In this document: positions 9,724-20,626 of the stretch, piece by piece
How positions within the stretch are numbered: position 1 is the stretch's first letter
Layout of the letters: every line of letters starts with the position of its first letter
Origin: an uncultured Chloroflexia bacterium
Lineage (GTDB): Bacteria > Chloroflexota > Limnocylindria > Limnocylindrales > CSP1-4
Direction: 5' to 3'
Assembly (NCBI GenBank): GCA_963763775.1
Contig: CAVXPZ010000002.1
Span: forward strand, 74,275 to 138,274
Length of the DNA stretch: 64,000 nucleotides
Notes under the pieces: generated by a model
What the model saw: only the letters and a program-made list of their open reading frames with translations
The model's database searches: none
What the model was told of the DNA's origin: nothing
Position numbers and translations under genes: made by a program

Positions 9724-11401
9724 CTACTTCGACTTGCCGCCGCCGAAGAGCGTCCCGAACACGCCGCGGATGATGTCCTGACCGAGGCGCGAGGAGACCA
9801 CCTTCCCCCCGGTGCGGATGGCCGTGTCGATGGTCTTCTGCTGGGCCTTCGCGGCCTCGCGCTGCGCCTTGACCTCGGCCTGCTGCTGGCGCGTGCGCCT
9901 CGCGGGCGGCCTTGGCCTGCGCGGCCTCGATGGCCTTCTGCTGGCGGGCCAGCTCGCGTTCCTGCTGCGCCGGGGTCATCGTGTTCATCCCGGCCGCCGT
10001 GGTCGGGTCCACGCCGGCTCGCACCGCCGCGTCCGTGGCGGCCTGTCTCGCGGCGGCGATCTTCGCCGTGATCCGCTCGTACGCACTGTCCCGGTCGATG
10101 GTCTGGCCGTATTTCGCCTGGAGCGGGCTCATCGCGATGTGGCCGCGGAAGACGACCTCCTCGACGGGCGCCATCAACGAGTCCGGCGGCAGCAGCCGGG
10201 TCGCCGCGAGCGGGGTCGGGACGCCCTTGGGCGAGAGGACCGTGACCAGCGCCTCGCCCGTCCCGAGCGAGGTGATCGTCTTCTCCACGTCGTAGAAGTC
10301 CGTCATCGGGAACGTGCGCGCGGTCTTGCGGAGCGCGTCGGCATCGACGGGGGTGAAGACGCGAAGCGCGTGCTGGATGCGGTTGCCCAGCTGGGCCAGG
10401 ACCGGCGACGGCACGTCGGTGGGCGTCTGCGTGACGAAGTACACCCCCACGCCCTTCGAGCGGATGAGCCGAGCGGTCCGCTCGATCTGGTCGAGCAGCG
10501 CCTGCGACGCATCGTCGAAGAGCAGGTGCGCCTCGTCGAAGAAGAAGCACAGCTTGGGCTTCGGGAGGTCGCCTGCCTCGGGGAGGTTCTCGTACAGCTG
10601 CGCCAGCATCCACAGCATGAACGTGGAGAACAGCGCCGGCTTGTCCATGACGTCCGACAGCTCCAGGACGCTGATGATCCCGGCCCCTTCGGGCGTCGAC
10701 CGCATCAGGTCCGCGACCTCGAACTCGGGCTCGCCGAAGAAGACGTCCGCGCCCTGCTGCTCCAGCACGACGATCGACCGCTGGAGCACGCCGACCGAGG
10801 CCGGCGACATCCCGCCGTAGTCGGCGAGGTTCGCCTTCCCGTCGTCCGACGCGAGGTACTTGAGGGTCGCGGTCAGGTCCTTGAGGTCGAGCAGCGGGAG
10901 GTCGTTGTCGTCGCAGTACTTGAAGATCAGCGCGAGGATGCTGGTCTGCGTGTCGTTGAGCCCCAGGACCTTGCCGAGCAGCAGCGGTCCGAACGAGTGG
11001 ACCGTGGCCCGCACCTGCGACCCGAGCTTGCCCGAGAGCGAGAGGAACTCGACCGGGTGTCCGGCGGCCTGGAAGGTCCATGCCATGGACGCCGCCCGCT
11101 CGACGACCTTCGGGTTCGCGGCATCCCCCGGCGCGGCCAGACCCGTCAGGTCGCCCTTGATATCGGCCACGAACACCGGCACGCCGGCCTGGGACAGCTG
11201 ACCGGCGAGGAGCTGGAGCGTCTTGGTCTTGCCGGTCCCGGTCGCGCCGGCGATCAGGCCGTGGCGGTTCATCATCGAGAGCGCGACGGCCACGCGGGTG
11301 TCGTTGAACAACTCGCCGTCGCGCATCGCGCTGCCGATGGTCAGGCTCGGTTCCGTGAGCGAGTAGCCGGCCGTCATGGCGTCGCGGAACGCCTGGTCCA
11401 T
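9724..11401 (-). CDS. HerA-like ATPase, DUF853/YjgR family; frameshift near 9895
   Basis: NRHGLIAGATGTGKTKTLQ, ADIKGDL, FFFDEAHLLF, RLIRSKGVG, QLGNRIQHALR; C-terminal IIRGVFGTLFGG in shifted frame. Confidence 0.9.
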
Positions 11402-11501
11402 GGGTCCCTCCGGGAGCGCGAACGGGTCGTTCAGGGGAGGTCGCAAGCGTATCATCGGGCCGAACGCGTGCCATGTCGGTGACGGTCAGGGAGGACGGAC
11501 G

Positions 11502-11909
11502 TTGGGAAGCATCGATGATGTCGAGGGCATCGGCCCCACGTATGCCGGGAAGCTCGCCGCGGCGGGAGTGAAGACCACGGACGACCTGCTCGCCGCCGGC
11601 GCCAAGCCGTCGGGCCGCACCTCGCTCGCAGGATCCACGGGCATCGACCAGGCGCTCATCCTCGAGTGGGTGAACCACGCCGACCTCATGCGTATCAAGG
11701 GCGTCGGCTCGGAGTACTCCGACCTGCTCGAGGCCGCCGGCGTCGACTCACCGGCCGAGCTCGCGCAGCGCAATGCCGCGAACCTGGCGATCACGTTCCA
11801 GGAGGTCGTCGCCGCCCGACCGGGCATCGTCCGACGCGTCCCGAGCGAGAGCGAGGTCGCCGGCTGGATCGATCAGTCGAAGGGCCTCGACAAGGTCGTC
11901 GAGCACTGA
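11502..11909 (+). CDS. DUF4332 helix-hairpin-helix protein
   Basis: IDDVEGIGPTYAGKL, WVNHADLMRIKGVGSEYSDLLEAAGVD; TTG start after GGAGG. Confidence 0.85.
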   Translation: MGSIDDVEGIGPTYAGKLAAAGVKTTDDLLAAGAKPSGRTSLAGSTGIDQALILEWVNHADLMRIKGVGSEYSDLLEAAGVDSPAELAQRNAANLAITFQEVVAARPGIVRRVPSESEVAGWIDQSKGLDKVVEH

Positions 11910-11934
11910 TCGCTCGGCACGGGAGGTCCTGCCG

Positions 11935-12306
11935 ATGGGTGGGTTCCGCGAGTTCCTGACCAAGAGCAACGCCCTGGCCCTGGCCATCGGCGTGATCATC
12001 GGCGCGGCGCTCGGCAGCGTGGTCAACACGCTCGTCAACAGCGTGATCATGCCGCCGATCGGCTACGTGCTGGGCGGCGTGGACTTCGCCTCCATGAAGA
12101 CGGTCCTCGGGCACGACAGCAAGGGCGCCGAGATCTCGATCGGCTGGGGACTGCTGATCAACTCACTGATCGTCTTCGTCATCGTGATGCTGGTCGCGTA
12201 CGTGCTCAGCAAGATGTTCATCAAGGAGGGCCCTCCGCCCGGTCCGTCCCCGGAGGAGACCCTGCTGACCGAGATCCGCGACGAGTTGCGCAAGCGACCC
12301 GCCTGA
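11935..12306 (+). CDS. mscL: Large-conductance mechanosensitive channel
   Basis: FREFLTKSNALALAIGVIIGAA, VIMPPIG, LLTEIRDEL. Confidence 0.92.
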   Translation: MGGFREFLTKSNALALAIGVIIGAALGSVVNTLVNSVIMPPIGYVLGGVDFASMKTVLGHDSKGAEISIGWGLLINSLIVFVIVMLVAYVLSKMFIKEGPPPGPSPEETLLTEIRDELRKRPA

Positions 12307-12334
12307 CCGGCCCGACGAACCCGATCGCGCGACC

Positions 12335-12360
12335 ATGGCCCGCCGGCGACGGCGGGCCAT
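12335..12360. terminator. GC hairpin between convergent genes (possible terminator)
   Basis: ATGGCCCGCCG-GCGA-CGGCGGGCCAT, 11-bp stem with GNRA loop; no U-tract. Confidence 0.5.
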
Positions 12361-12366
12361 CGCGAT

Positions 12367-13053
12367 TCAGGGCGGCGCGCCACGCCTCGGGATCTCGACT
12401 CGGGCAAGGAGGGTGGTCCGCCGGTCCGACATCGTCCGATTGGTCGAGACGAGCTCGACGGCCTCCGGGCTGAACCCGGCATGACGGACGCGCCGGACCC
12501 GCTGGACGGCGTCGAAGAGCTCGCGGGACGGGGGCCGCGTGAACCGGATGAGGTTCGCCCAGAGCAGACGGCCGGCGACGATGCCGCCGATCCCGCCGCG
12601 GCCGGCGACCGCCCATCGACGCGCAAGTTCTCGCCGGGCACCCCGGAGATCGAGGTCGACCTCGTCGAGTGCCGCGAAGACCGAGGTATCACCCACCCCG
12701 ATCCGGACCACCTTCAGGGACCCGCCGACGAGCCTCGGCGCGACCGCCAGCAGGTCCGAGATCGCCACGGCCGTCGTCTGCCCGTCGGGTACGTGGATGG
12801 GACCACAGACCGTGACGTGGATCGTCCGAGCCGGGCACACGTACTGTCCGGGCTGCGCCTGGGCGATCGTCTCGGCCACCGCCTCGAGCCGGGTCGCAAG
12901 GCCTGCCGGCAACCGGATGACGCTCGTGGCGAACGAGGCCGGCGCGTCCGGGTCGGCACCGTCCGGGTCCAGGCGATCTCGCCGGAGGCCGAGGCCGGTG
13001 CGTCGACGCACCATCCAGTCGGCATCGATGACGGCGGTCGTCAGCGACGTCAC
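12367..13053 (-). CDS. Putative 2H-phosphoesterase (2'-5' RNA ligase-like) protein
   Basis: IHVTV motif and C-terminal VELVSTN pattern; second HxT motif not evident; start uncertain. Confidence 0.5.
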   Translation of the reverse strand: MTSLTTAVIDADWMVRRRTGLGLRRDRLDPDGADPDAPASFATSVIRLPAGLATRLEAVAETIAQAQPGQYVCPARTIHVTVCGPIHVPDGQTTAVAISDLLAVAPRLVGGSLKVVRIGVGDTSVFAALDEVDLDLRGARRELARRWAVAGRGGIGGIVAGRLLWANLIRFTRPPSRELFDAVQRVRRVRHAGFSPEAVELVSTNRTMSDRRTTLLARVEIPRRGAPP

Positions 13054-13066
13054 GCGGGTCGGCGAC

Positions 13067-13912
13067 TCACGCGTCCCGCGCGCAGGGGTACGAGCCGAGG
13101 ACCCGCCACATCGTCGTGACGGCCCCGAGGTCCTCGAGCGCCGCCGCTGTCTCCGGCCGCGCGACGTCCGCATCGAGGTCCACCCAGAACACGTACTCCC
13201 AGGCTCGCTCGCGGCTGGGCCGCGACTCGAGCTTGTGCATGTTCAGCTCGTGGGCGGCGAAGACTCGCAGGACCGCGAGGAGCGTTCCCGGCTCGTTGCG
13301 GACCGCGACCACGAGGGTCGTCCGGTGCGCCGGTCCGGCGCCGATGACGGACGGTGGCGGTTCCCCGGCTCGGGCGAGGACCACGAAGCGGGTCCGGTTG
13401 CCCGGCAGGTCGCCGATCCCGTCGGCGAGCACCTCGAGACCGAAGAGGCCGGCCGCGCGGGGCGAGAGCACCGCCGCCGCGCCGCGCTCACCGCGATCCG
13501 CGATGGACTTGCCCGCACCGGCGGTGTTGTAGGTCGACAGCAGTTGCCACGGTCGCGACCGCAGGAACGTCTCGGCCTGGCCAAGGGCCTGGATGTGCGA
13601 GTAGACCCGCTCGACATCCTCGATGCGCTGGCCTGGCAGCGCCGCCAGGCACAGGCTCACCGGGACCACGACCTCGCCGACGATGATCAGCTCGTACTCG
13701 ATCAACAGGTCGTAGTTCTCGCGGACCGTCCCGTTGATGACGTTCTCGATCGGCACGACACCCGTCGCGGCCTCGCCGCTCGCCACGGCGTCGAACACGG
13801 CCCTGAAGCTGCCCAGCGGCGTCCGCGGCACGTCCCCGAAGGCCGCCAGCACGGCATCCTCGGCAAAGGCGCCGGGTTCCCCGGCGTAGGCCACGATCGT
13901 CGGTTCGCGCAT
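13067..13912 (-). CDS. pheA: Prephenate dehydratase
   Basis: AYAGEPGAFAE, VPIENVINGTV, SHIQALGQ, NRTRF, ACT-domain KLESRP. Confidence 0.95.
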   Translation of the reverse strand: MREPTIVAYAGEPGAFAEDAVLAAFGDVPRTPLGSFRAVFDAVASGEAATGVVPIENVINGTVRENYDLLIEYELIIVGEVVVPVSLCLAALPGQRIEDVERVYSHIQALGQAETFLRSRPWQLLSTYNTAGAGKSIADRGERGAAAVLSPRAAGLFGLEVLADGIGDLPGNRTRFVVLARAGEPPPSVIGAGPAHRTTLVVAVRNEPGTLLAVLRVFAAHELNMHKLESRPSRERAWEYVFWVDLDADVARPETAAALEDLGAVTTMWRVLGSYPCARDA

Positions 13913-13962
13913 CGTGCCGATGAGTCTATCCGGGCGGGACCGCGGGTCGGCCCCGAGGACCG

Positions 13963-14508
13963 CTAGCGCTCGAACCAGGCCGTGGTGTCGTGCTGGCCTT
14001 CGTCCTCGTCGATGGCGGCGCGCCGTTCCCGCGCGACGCCGGCCGGGACCGGTGACCCCGGCCGCGCCTCCGAGCCCGTGGCGGCCGCGGCTTCCGGGGC
14101 GCCGGCCCACTGCGTCTCGGCGAGCATCGCGTTGAGGGCGTTGAGGTAGGCCTCGACGGACGCGGCGATGATGTTGTCGCTCCTGGCCTCGCCCGTGTAC
14201 TCGCCCGCGCCGCGGGCCCCGCCGACGTCCGGCGGTGCGACACGGACGGTCACGGCGCCTTCCGTGTCGGTCCCCTCGCCGAGCGCATGGATGTCGTAGG
14301 CGAGCAATCGCGGGTGGCCGGCCAGGATCTCCGACAGCGCCCGGTCGACCGCGAGGTAGAGCGCGTCGATGGCCCCGGTCCCGTCGGCCGAGGCCCGCCA
14401 CTGGTGGTCGCCGGCCTCGATGACCACGGCGCCGCGGCTGCGGGCGTTGCTGCCGGACGTGACCGTCCAGCGAGTCAGACGGATCGTGGGGGACGAGTCG
14501 TCGGGCAT
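13963..14508 (-). CDS. Stand-alone LeuA-type allosteric (dimerisation) domain protein
   Basis: GTGAIDAL..AVD.AL, LLAYDIHAL, NIIAASVEAYLNALN align by eye with the C-terminal domains of LeuA and CimA in this operon; no catalytic TIM barrel. Confidence 0.8.
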   Translation of the reverse strand: MPDDSSPTIRLTRWTVTSGSNARSRGAVVIEAGDHQWRASADGTGAIDALYLAVDRALSEILAGHPRLLAYDIHALGEGTDTEGAVTVRVAPPDVGGARGAGEYTGEARSDNIIAASVEAYLNALNAMLAETQWAGAPEAAAATGSEARPGSPVPAGVARERRAAIDEDEGQHDTTAWFER

Positions 14509-14513
14509 CCGGG

Positions 14514-16202
14514 CTACCTCCGAGGCGTCGCGGTCGGGTGGACGGCCGCGGACCGCGGTTCCGACGGCCGCGCGGTGGTGAAGTGGCGCTCGTCGCGCCG
14601 CCGAAGCTCGGCTCCGGACTTCCAGATGGCGTACTCGATCGAGTCCGCGAGCGCCGCGGCCGAGGCCGCGATGATGTTCGTGTCGCTGCCCATCGTCGAC
14701 CAGGTCCGGGCACCGTCCTGCGAGTCGATGATCACCCGGGTGCGGGCGGCCGTCGCGGCGCCGCCATCGATGATGCGGACCTTGTAGTCGACAAGGTGGA
14801 CGTCGTCGAGGCCGGGGTAGAACGCCCCCAGCGCCTTGCGCAGGGCGGCGTCCAGGGCGTTGACCGGGCCGTTCCCGTCGGCGGCGGTGTGCAGGACCTC
14901 GCCGTCGACCTCGACCTTGACGGTCGCCTCCGCGAGGAGCTCGCGGCCATCCCGCTGCTCGACGAGACACGTGTAGTCGACGATCCGGAACGGCGCGGCG
15001 TAGTCGGTCGCGTGGCGGCGGATGAGCAGCTCGAACGAGGCCTCGGCGCCCTCGAAGGCGAGCCCTTCCGACTCGAGCTGCTTGATGAGCGTCGAGAGCT
15101 CGCGCGGGTCCACGACGCCCTCGAGCTCGTGGCCGAGCTGCTGCGCCCGGATCGAGGTGTTGGCCCGCCCGCCGAGCTCCGACACGACCAGGCGGCCGGC
15201 ATTCCCGACCGAGCCCGGATCGACGTGCTGGTAGCTCCGCTCGACCTTCGCCACGGCCGCGCCGTGCACGCCGCCCTTGTGCGCGAAGGCGGACCGCCCG
15301 ACGTACGGCTGGTAATCGGAAGGATTGACGTTCGCGATCTCCGCGACCGAGCGCGAGAGGTCCGTCAGACCGGCAAGGTCGCCACCGCCCGCCGGCACGA
15401 GACCGTGGCTCGTCTTGAGCGCGAGGTTCGCGAGGATGCTGACCATGTTCGCGTTCCCGCAGCGCTCACCGTAGCCGTTGATCGTGGCCTGGACGTGCCG
15501 GATCCCGGACGCCACGGCGGCCATCGAGTTCGCGACCGCCAGCTCCGCGTCGTTATGCGTGTGGATGCCCCAGGTCACGGTCGGGGCGTCCGGCTCCCCC
15601 TCCAGGGTGCCGCGGACGTCGCCGATGATCGCCACGAGCTCGTCGGTCAACGTGCCGCCGTTCGTGTCGCACAGGACGAGCGTCCTGGCCCCGGCCTGGC
15701 GGGCCATCCGCAGGGTCGAGAGGGCGTACTCGCGGTCCGCCTTGTAGCCGTCGAAGAAGTGCTCGGCGTCGTAGACGGCCTCGCGCCCCCGGTCCACGAC
15801 GAAGCCGACCGAGTCCGCGATCATGTCGAGGTTCTCCGTCGGCGTCGCGCCGAGGACCTCGATGACGTGCAGCAGCCACGACTTCCCGAAGATCGTGACG
15901 ACCGGCGTCTCGGCCGCGACGAGCTCGCGCAGGTTCGGGTCGTCCGCCGGGGCGTTGGCGCGGTGCCGCGTGGACCCGAAGGCCGCGAGCTTGGCGCGCT
16001 CCCAGCGCATCGTCCGGGCCGCCGCGAAGAACTCGATGTCCTTGGGGTTCGAGCCGGGCCAGCCGCCCTCGATGAACGGCATCCCGAACTCGTCGAGCAT
16101 GCGGGCCACGCGCAGCTTGTCGGCGAGCGAGAGCGTGATGTTCTCGCCCTGCGTGCCGTCGCGCAGCGTCGTGTCGTAGAGGATGACCGGCTGGTCGCTC
16201 AT
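14514..16202 (-). CDS. cimA: Citramalate synthase
   Basis: YDTTLRDGTQGE, EGGWPGSNPKD, DAEHFFDG, HTHND, GYGERCGN, AHKGGVH, FEGAEASFEL. Confidence 0.92.
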   Translation of the reverse strand: MSDQPVILYDTTLRDGTQGENITLSLADKLRVARMLDEFGMPFIEGGWPGSNPKDIEFFAAARTMRWERAKLAAFGSTRHRANAPADDPNLRELVAAETPVVTIFGKSWLLHVIEVLGATPTENLDMIADSVGFVVDRGREAVYDAEHFFDGYKADREYALSTLRMARQAGARTLVLCDTNGGTLTDELVAIIGDVRGTLEGEPDAPTVTWGIHTHNDAELAVANSMAAVASGIRHVQATINGYGERCGNANMVSILANLALKTSHGLVPAGGGDLAGLTDLSRSVAEIANVNPSDYQPYVGRSAFAHKGGVHGAAVAKVERSYQHVDPGSVGNAGRLVVSELGGRANTSIRAQQLGHELEGVVDPRELSTLIKQLESEGLAFEGAEASFELLIRRHATDYAAPFRIVDYTCLVEQRDGRELLAEATVKVEVDGEVLHTAADGNGPVNALDAALRKALGAFYPGLDDVHLVDYKVRIIDGGAATAARTRVIIDSQDGARTWSTMGSDTNIIAASAAALADSIEYAIWKSGAELRRRDERHFTTARPSEPRSAAVHPTATPRR

Positions 16203-17329
16203 GCCGGCACCGCGGCGCCGAGGGCCTCGACGACCGCGGTCGCGAAGGCCGTCGTCCCGACGACGACGAACCCGTCCTGGAGGTTCGCCGGATCCGCCAG
16301 GTCGCCCGTCCGCCAGCCGGCATCGAGCGCGCCCGCCACGGCCGCTTCGACGGCCGACGCCGCGTCGTCGCGGCCGAGCGACATCCGCAGCAGCATCGCG
16401 GCCGACAGGATGGTGCCGATGGGATTGGCCTTGTCCTGCCCGGCGATATCCGGCGCGGATCCGTGGATCGGCTCGTAGAGGCCGAACGTGCCGTGGGCCG
16501 TCCGACGCGTGCCGAGCGACGCGGACGGGAGCATCCCGAGGCTGCCGGCGAGGACCGCCGCCTCGTCGGAGAGGATGTCCCCGAACAGGTTCTCGGTCAC
16601 GATCACGTCGAAGTCCGAGGGATGCCGCACGAGCAGCATCGCGCACGAATCCACGAGCTGGTGGTTGAGCGTGACGGCCGGGAAGTCGGCCGCGACCTCG
16701 TCGGCGATGGTCCGCCACAGCCGTGAGGTCGCCAGGACGTTCGCCTTGTCCACCGACGTGACGCGCCCTCGACGGGCGGACGCCAGCTCGAAGGCGAGCT
16801 TGACGATCCGGCGCACCTCGGCCTCGGCGTACGGCAGGGTGTCGAGCGCCGAACGCTCCCCCACCGGGCCGGACGCCTCGCGCCGTTCGCCGAAGTAGAT
16901 CCCGCCGGTCAGCTCGCGGACGATGAGCAGGTCGACGCCGTCGAGCAGCTCGGGCCGGAGGGGCGACGAGGCCACCAGCGCCGGGTGGACGCTGACCGGT
17001 CGCAGGTTGGCGTACAGGCCGAGCCCGCCGCGGAGCGCGAACAGCGCCTGCTCGGGGCGGACGGCCGCACCCGGGTCGGACCACTTCGGGCCGCCGACGG
17101 CGCCCAGGAGGATCGCGTCGGCCTCGCCGCACGCGGTCACGTCCTCGGGGCGGATCGCGACGCCGTACGCGTCGATCGCGATGCCCCCGACGAGGTACTC
17201 CGGCCAGGAGACGTGGAACCCGAAGGCCGCGCCCGCCGCGTCGACGACCCGCCGCGCGGCATCCACCACCTCGGGGCCGACACCGTCGCCCGGGATGACG
17301 GCGACGCGGTAGGTCCGGCTCGCGGTCAC
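16199..17329 (-). CDS. leuB: 3-isopropylmalate dehydrogenase
   Basis: PGDGVGPEV, GAVGGPKW, RELTGGIYFG, NLFGDILSDEA, EPIHGSAPDIAG. Confidence 0.96.
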   Translation of the reverse strand: MTASRTYRVAVIPGDGVGPEVVDAARRVVDAAGAAFGFHVSWPEYLVGGIAIDAYGVAIRPEDVTACGEADAILLGAVGGPKWSDPGAAVRPEQALFALRGGLGLYANLRPVSVHPALVASSPLRPELLDGVDLLIVRELTGGIYFGERREASGPVGERSALDTLPYAEAEVRRIVKLAFELASARRGRVTSVDKANVLATSRLWRTIADEVAADFPAVTLNHQLVDSCAMLLVRHPSDFDVIVTENLFGDILSDEAAVLAGSLGMLPSASLGTRRTAHGTFGLYEPIHGSAPDIAGQDKANPIGTILSAAMLLRMSLGRDDAASAVEAAVAGALDAGWRTGDLADPANLQDGFVVVGTTAFATAVVEALGAAVPA

Positions 17330-18966
17330 GGCAGCCCCTCTTCGCTGCGCGGGGCCACGAACGCGACCTTGACGCCGTTGATCTCGGCGCCGTGGAGCTT
17401 GTTGACCGCCACGAGATAGGCGTCGAGCGACGCCTCGATGATGTTCGTGGATAACCCGTGCCCGGACACGACGAGCGCGCCCGGACCCTCGTCCGAGGAC
17501 CGCCGGCAGCGCACGAGCACCTGGCCCTGGGCATCCTCGCCGGCCGACACGGCCTTGATCTCGTACTCGGCAAGCGTCGGGTGCCAGCCGAGGATCGGCT
17601 GGAGGGCCTCGTCGACCGCGCCGAAGAGCGCGTTGACCGGTCCGTTCCCGGTGGTCTCGGCCGTCCGCTCGGCGCCTTCGACGGTGAGGGTGACCGTGCC
17701 GGTGGCGTTCCCGCCATGCGACGATGTCACGCTCCAGCCCACGAGCGCGACACTCGCGGGGACTTCGGCCGCCCGCTGCTCCATGAGGGCCATGAGGTCG
17801 GCGTCGGTGACTTCCTTCTTCGCGTCGGCGAGGGCCACGGCCTGGCGATACATCTCGTCGAGGGCCTCGCCCTCGAGCTCGTAGCCGAGCTCCTTGAGCT
17901 TGCCCTGAAGGCCACGCCGCCCCGACAGCTTGCCGATCGTCAGCTGGCTGCCCGAGAGCCCGACCGACTGCGGGGTCATGATCTCGTAGGTCAGCGGGTT
18001 CTTGATGACGCCGTCCTGGTGGATCCCCGACTCGTGCGCGAACGCGTTGCTGCCGACGATCGCCTTGTTCGGCTGGACCGTGAACCCGGTCAGGTAGCTC
18101 ACGAGGCGACTCGCCGCGGTGATCTGCTCGGTCGCGATCCCGGAACCGCCTTGCTCGAACTGCGTCGGGCGGGTCCGGAGCGCCATGACCACTTCCTCGA
18201 GGGACGCGTTCCCGGCTCGCTCGCCGAGGCCGTTGATGGTCACCTCGACCTGGCGCGCACCCGCCTGGACCGCCGCGAGCGTGTTGGCCGTCGCGAGACC
18301 CAGGTCGTTGTGGCAATGCACGCTGACGGTCGCCTGGTCGCCCACGAGGTCGACGACCCGCTTGGTGAGCGTCCCGAACTCGGCGGGGATGGCATACCCG
18401 ACCGTGTCGGGGATGTTCACGGTGGACGCCCCGGCCTCCACGACGGCCTCGTAGATCTGCAGCAGGTAGTCGATGTCGGTGCGCGAGGCGTCCTCGGCGC
18501 TGAACTCGATCTCGGCGTCGCGGCCCAACTGCTCGCGGCCGTAGCGCACCCAGCGGACGGCCTCGGCGAGGGCCGTCTCGCGGTCGATGCGGAGCTTGTG
18601 CTTGAGGTGGATGTCGGACGTCGCGATGAAGACGTGGAGGTGCGGACGCTCCGCGACCTTGATGGCCTCGATCGCGCGCTGCGGGTCGCCGTCCTTGCAG
18701 CGGGCGAGTGCCGCGACGGCGATCCCGCCCCGTGTCTCCTGGGCGATCCGCCGGACCGCCTCGAAGTCGCCGGGCGAGGCGGCCGGGAACCCGGCCTCGA
18801 TGACGTCGACCTTCAGCCGCACGAGCTGGCGGGCGACCTCGAGCTTCTCGGCCGCGGTCAGCCCGGCGCCGGGCGCCTGCTCCCCGTCGCGCAGGGTGGT
18901 ATCGAAGATGCGGATGCTTCCCGCGGGCACGAACGGTCCCGCGGGCCGGGGTACGGCGGCGCTCAT
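17326..18966 (-). CDS. leuA: 2-isopropylmalate synthase
   Basis: [42 protein letters not shown]-terminal regulatory domain GNGPV. Confidence 0.95.
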   Translation of the reverse strand: MSAAVPRPAGPFVPAGSIRIFDTTLRDGEQAPGAGLTAAEKLEVARQLVRLKVDVIEAGFPAASPGDFEAVRRIAQETRGGIAVAALARCKDGDPQRAIEAIKVAERPHLHVFIATSDIHLKHKLRIDRETALAEAVRWVRYGREQLGRDAEIEFSAEDASRTDIDYLLQIYEAVVEAGASTVNIPDTVGYAIPAEFGTLTKRVVDLVGDQATVSVHCHNDLGLATANTLAAVQAGARQVEVTINGLGERAGNASLEEVVMALRTRPTQFEQGGSGIATEQITAASRLVSYLTGFTVQPNKAIVGSNAFAHESGIHQDGVIKNPLTYEIMTPQSVGLSGSQLTIGKLSGRRGLQGKLKELGYELEGEALDEMYRQAVALADAKKEVTDADLMALMEQRAAEVPASVALVGWSVTSSHGGNATGTVTLTVEGAERTAETTGNGPVNALFGAVDEALQPILGWHPTLAEYEIKAVSAGEDAQGQVLVRCRRSSDEGPGALVVSGHGLSTNIIEASLDAYLVAVNKLHGAEINGVKVAFVAPRSEEGLP

Positions 18967-20015
18967 CGCGACGCGCCGGGCGTCGTGGCGGCGGCCTGGG
19001 CCTGACCGGCCTGGACCTCGACCGGATCGAGGAACGGCATCTGGCCGCGGAGGCGTCCGCCGACGCGCTCGATGAGGTGGTCGTGGTCCGCCTGACGCAG
19101 CCGTTCGAATTCCGCGCGACCCGACTCGTTCTCGGCGATCCAGCGATCGGCGAACGTCCCGTCCTGGATCTCGCGGAGGACCTGCTGCATCGTCTCGCGG
19201 ACGTGGCCGTCGATGATCCGGGGCCCGCTGACGTAGTCGCCGTACTCCGCGGTATCGCTGACGCTGAAGCGCATGAAGTTGAGCCCGCCGCGGTACATCA
19301 GATCGACGATGAGCTTGAGCTCGTGCATCGTCTCGAAGTACGCGAGCTCCGGCTGGTAGCCGGCCTCGACGAGCGTCTCGAACGCCATCTTCACGAGGGC
19401 CGCCGTGCCGCCGCACAGGACCGCCTGCTCGCCGAACAGGTCGGTCTCGGTCTCCTCGGCGAACGTGGTCTCGAGGACGCCGGCGCGCGTGGACCCGATC
19501 GCCCGCGCATAGGCCAGGGTCCGTGCCCGGGCCGTGCCCGACGCGTCGTTCTGGACCGCGAACAGTGCCGGGACGCCGCCGCCGGCCCGGTACACGCTGC
19601 GGAGCAGGTGCCCAGGGCCCTTGGGGGCCACCATGCCGACGTCGACGATGGCCGGCGGATCGATGCGCCCGAACCGGATGTTGAACCCGTGGGCGAACAT
19701 GAGGAGCTGTCCCGGTCGCAGGCTCGGCGCGATCTCCTCGTCGTAGACCGCCTTCTGGGCGGTGTCGGGGACGAGGATCATGATCACGTCCGCCGCCTTC
19801 ACCGCGTCCGCGACGTCCATGACCTTCAGGCCGGCGTCGGCGGCCAGGGCCCGGCTCTTCGACCCGGATGCGAGCCCGACGACGACGTCGACACCGGACT
19901 CGTGCAGGTTCAGCGCGTGCGCGTGGCCCTGCGACCCATAGCCGATGATCGCGACCGTCTGGCCGGCGAGCGCCGACGGGTCCGCGTCATCGTCGTAGTA
20001 CATCGTGGCGGTCAT
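18963..20015 (-). CDS. ilvC: Ketol-acid reductoisomerase
   Basis: [36 protein letters not shown]. Confidence 0.97.
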   Translation of the reverse strand: MTATMYYDDDADPSALAGQTVAIIGYGSQGHAHALNLHESGVDVVVGLASGSKSRALAADAGLKVMDVADAVKAADVIMILVPDTAQKAVYDEEIAPSLRPGQLLMFAHGFNIRFGRIDPPAIVDVGMVAPKGPGHLLRSVYRAGGGVPALFAVQNDASGTARARTLAYARAIGSTRAGVLETTFAEETETDLFGEQAVLCGGTAALVKMAFETLVEAGYQPELAYFETMHELKLIVDLMYRGGLNFMRFSVSDTAEYGDYVSGPRIIDGHVRETMQQVLREIQDGTFADRWIAENESGRAEFERLRQADHDHLIERVGGRLRGQMPFLDPVEVQAGQAQAAATTPGASR

Positions 20016-20626
20016 CGCTTGAGTGCCTCCTCGATCGATCCCGAACCCCGGGCCATGACGACCGCGCCGGTACGGACGGATTCCTTGATGCCATACGTGC
20101 GGACCAGCGAGATGAACGTGTCGATCTCACCCTCCGAGCCGGTGACCTCGACGACCACCGAGCCGTCGGCCACGTCGAGGACACGCCCGCGCGACAGTTC
20201 GACGAGCCGGAGCACCTCGGCCCGGTTCGACTCGGTCGCGCGGATCTTCACGAGCGCGAGCTCGTGCTCGACGGTGGGCTCCGAGGTGACGTCCTGCACC
20301 TTGAGGACGTCGATCAGCCGGTAGAGCTGCTTGGCGGCCTGCTCGACGGCCACGTCATCGCCATGGAGCGTGATCGTCATGCGGCTCACATCGGGCTGGT
20401 CGGTATGGCTGACGGCCAGCGAGTCGATGTTGAAGTTGCGGGCGCGCATGAGGCTCGCGACGCGGTTGAGCACGCCGGGCTTGTTCAACACGATGGCGAT
20501 CAGCACGTGCCGGCGGTGCTCGCCGCCGCCCGGCAGGGCCCGCGGCGGCGGTGCGGCGTGGGCTGGGCCAGCCGTGCCGGCCTCGGTGCCGGGCAGCTGC
20601 CCGTTCGAGTTCGCGTCGGCGGTCAT
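20012..20626 (-). CDS. ilvN: Acetolactate synthase small subunit
   Basis: [20 protein letters not shown] domain, [17 protein letters not shown]. Confidence 0.95.
   Translation of the reverse strand: MTADANSNGQLPGTEAGTAGPAHAAPPPRALPGGGEHRRHVLIAIVLNKPGVLNRVASLMRARNFNIDSLAVSHTDQPDVSRMTITLHGDDVAVEQAAKQLYRLIDVLKVQDVTSEPTVEHELALVKIRATESNRAEVLRLVELSRGRVLDVADGSVVVEVTGSEGEIDTFISLVRTYGIKESVRTGAVVMARGSGSIEEALKR

Noticed and set aside
5333-9781. 1482-aa ORF and many other long Arg/Gly/Pro-rich ORFs
   Set aside because: Shadow ORFs antisense or out of frame to real genes in very GC-rich DNA; only the PPK2 part is real.
8693-11455. Apparent 920-aa HerA-ATPase/kinase fusion
   Set aside because: A frameshift near 9895 joins two genes; the ATPase's natural C-terminus and TAG (9724) are in another frame, and the kinase has its own ATG at 9709.
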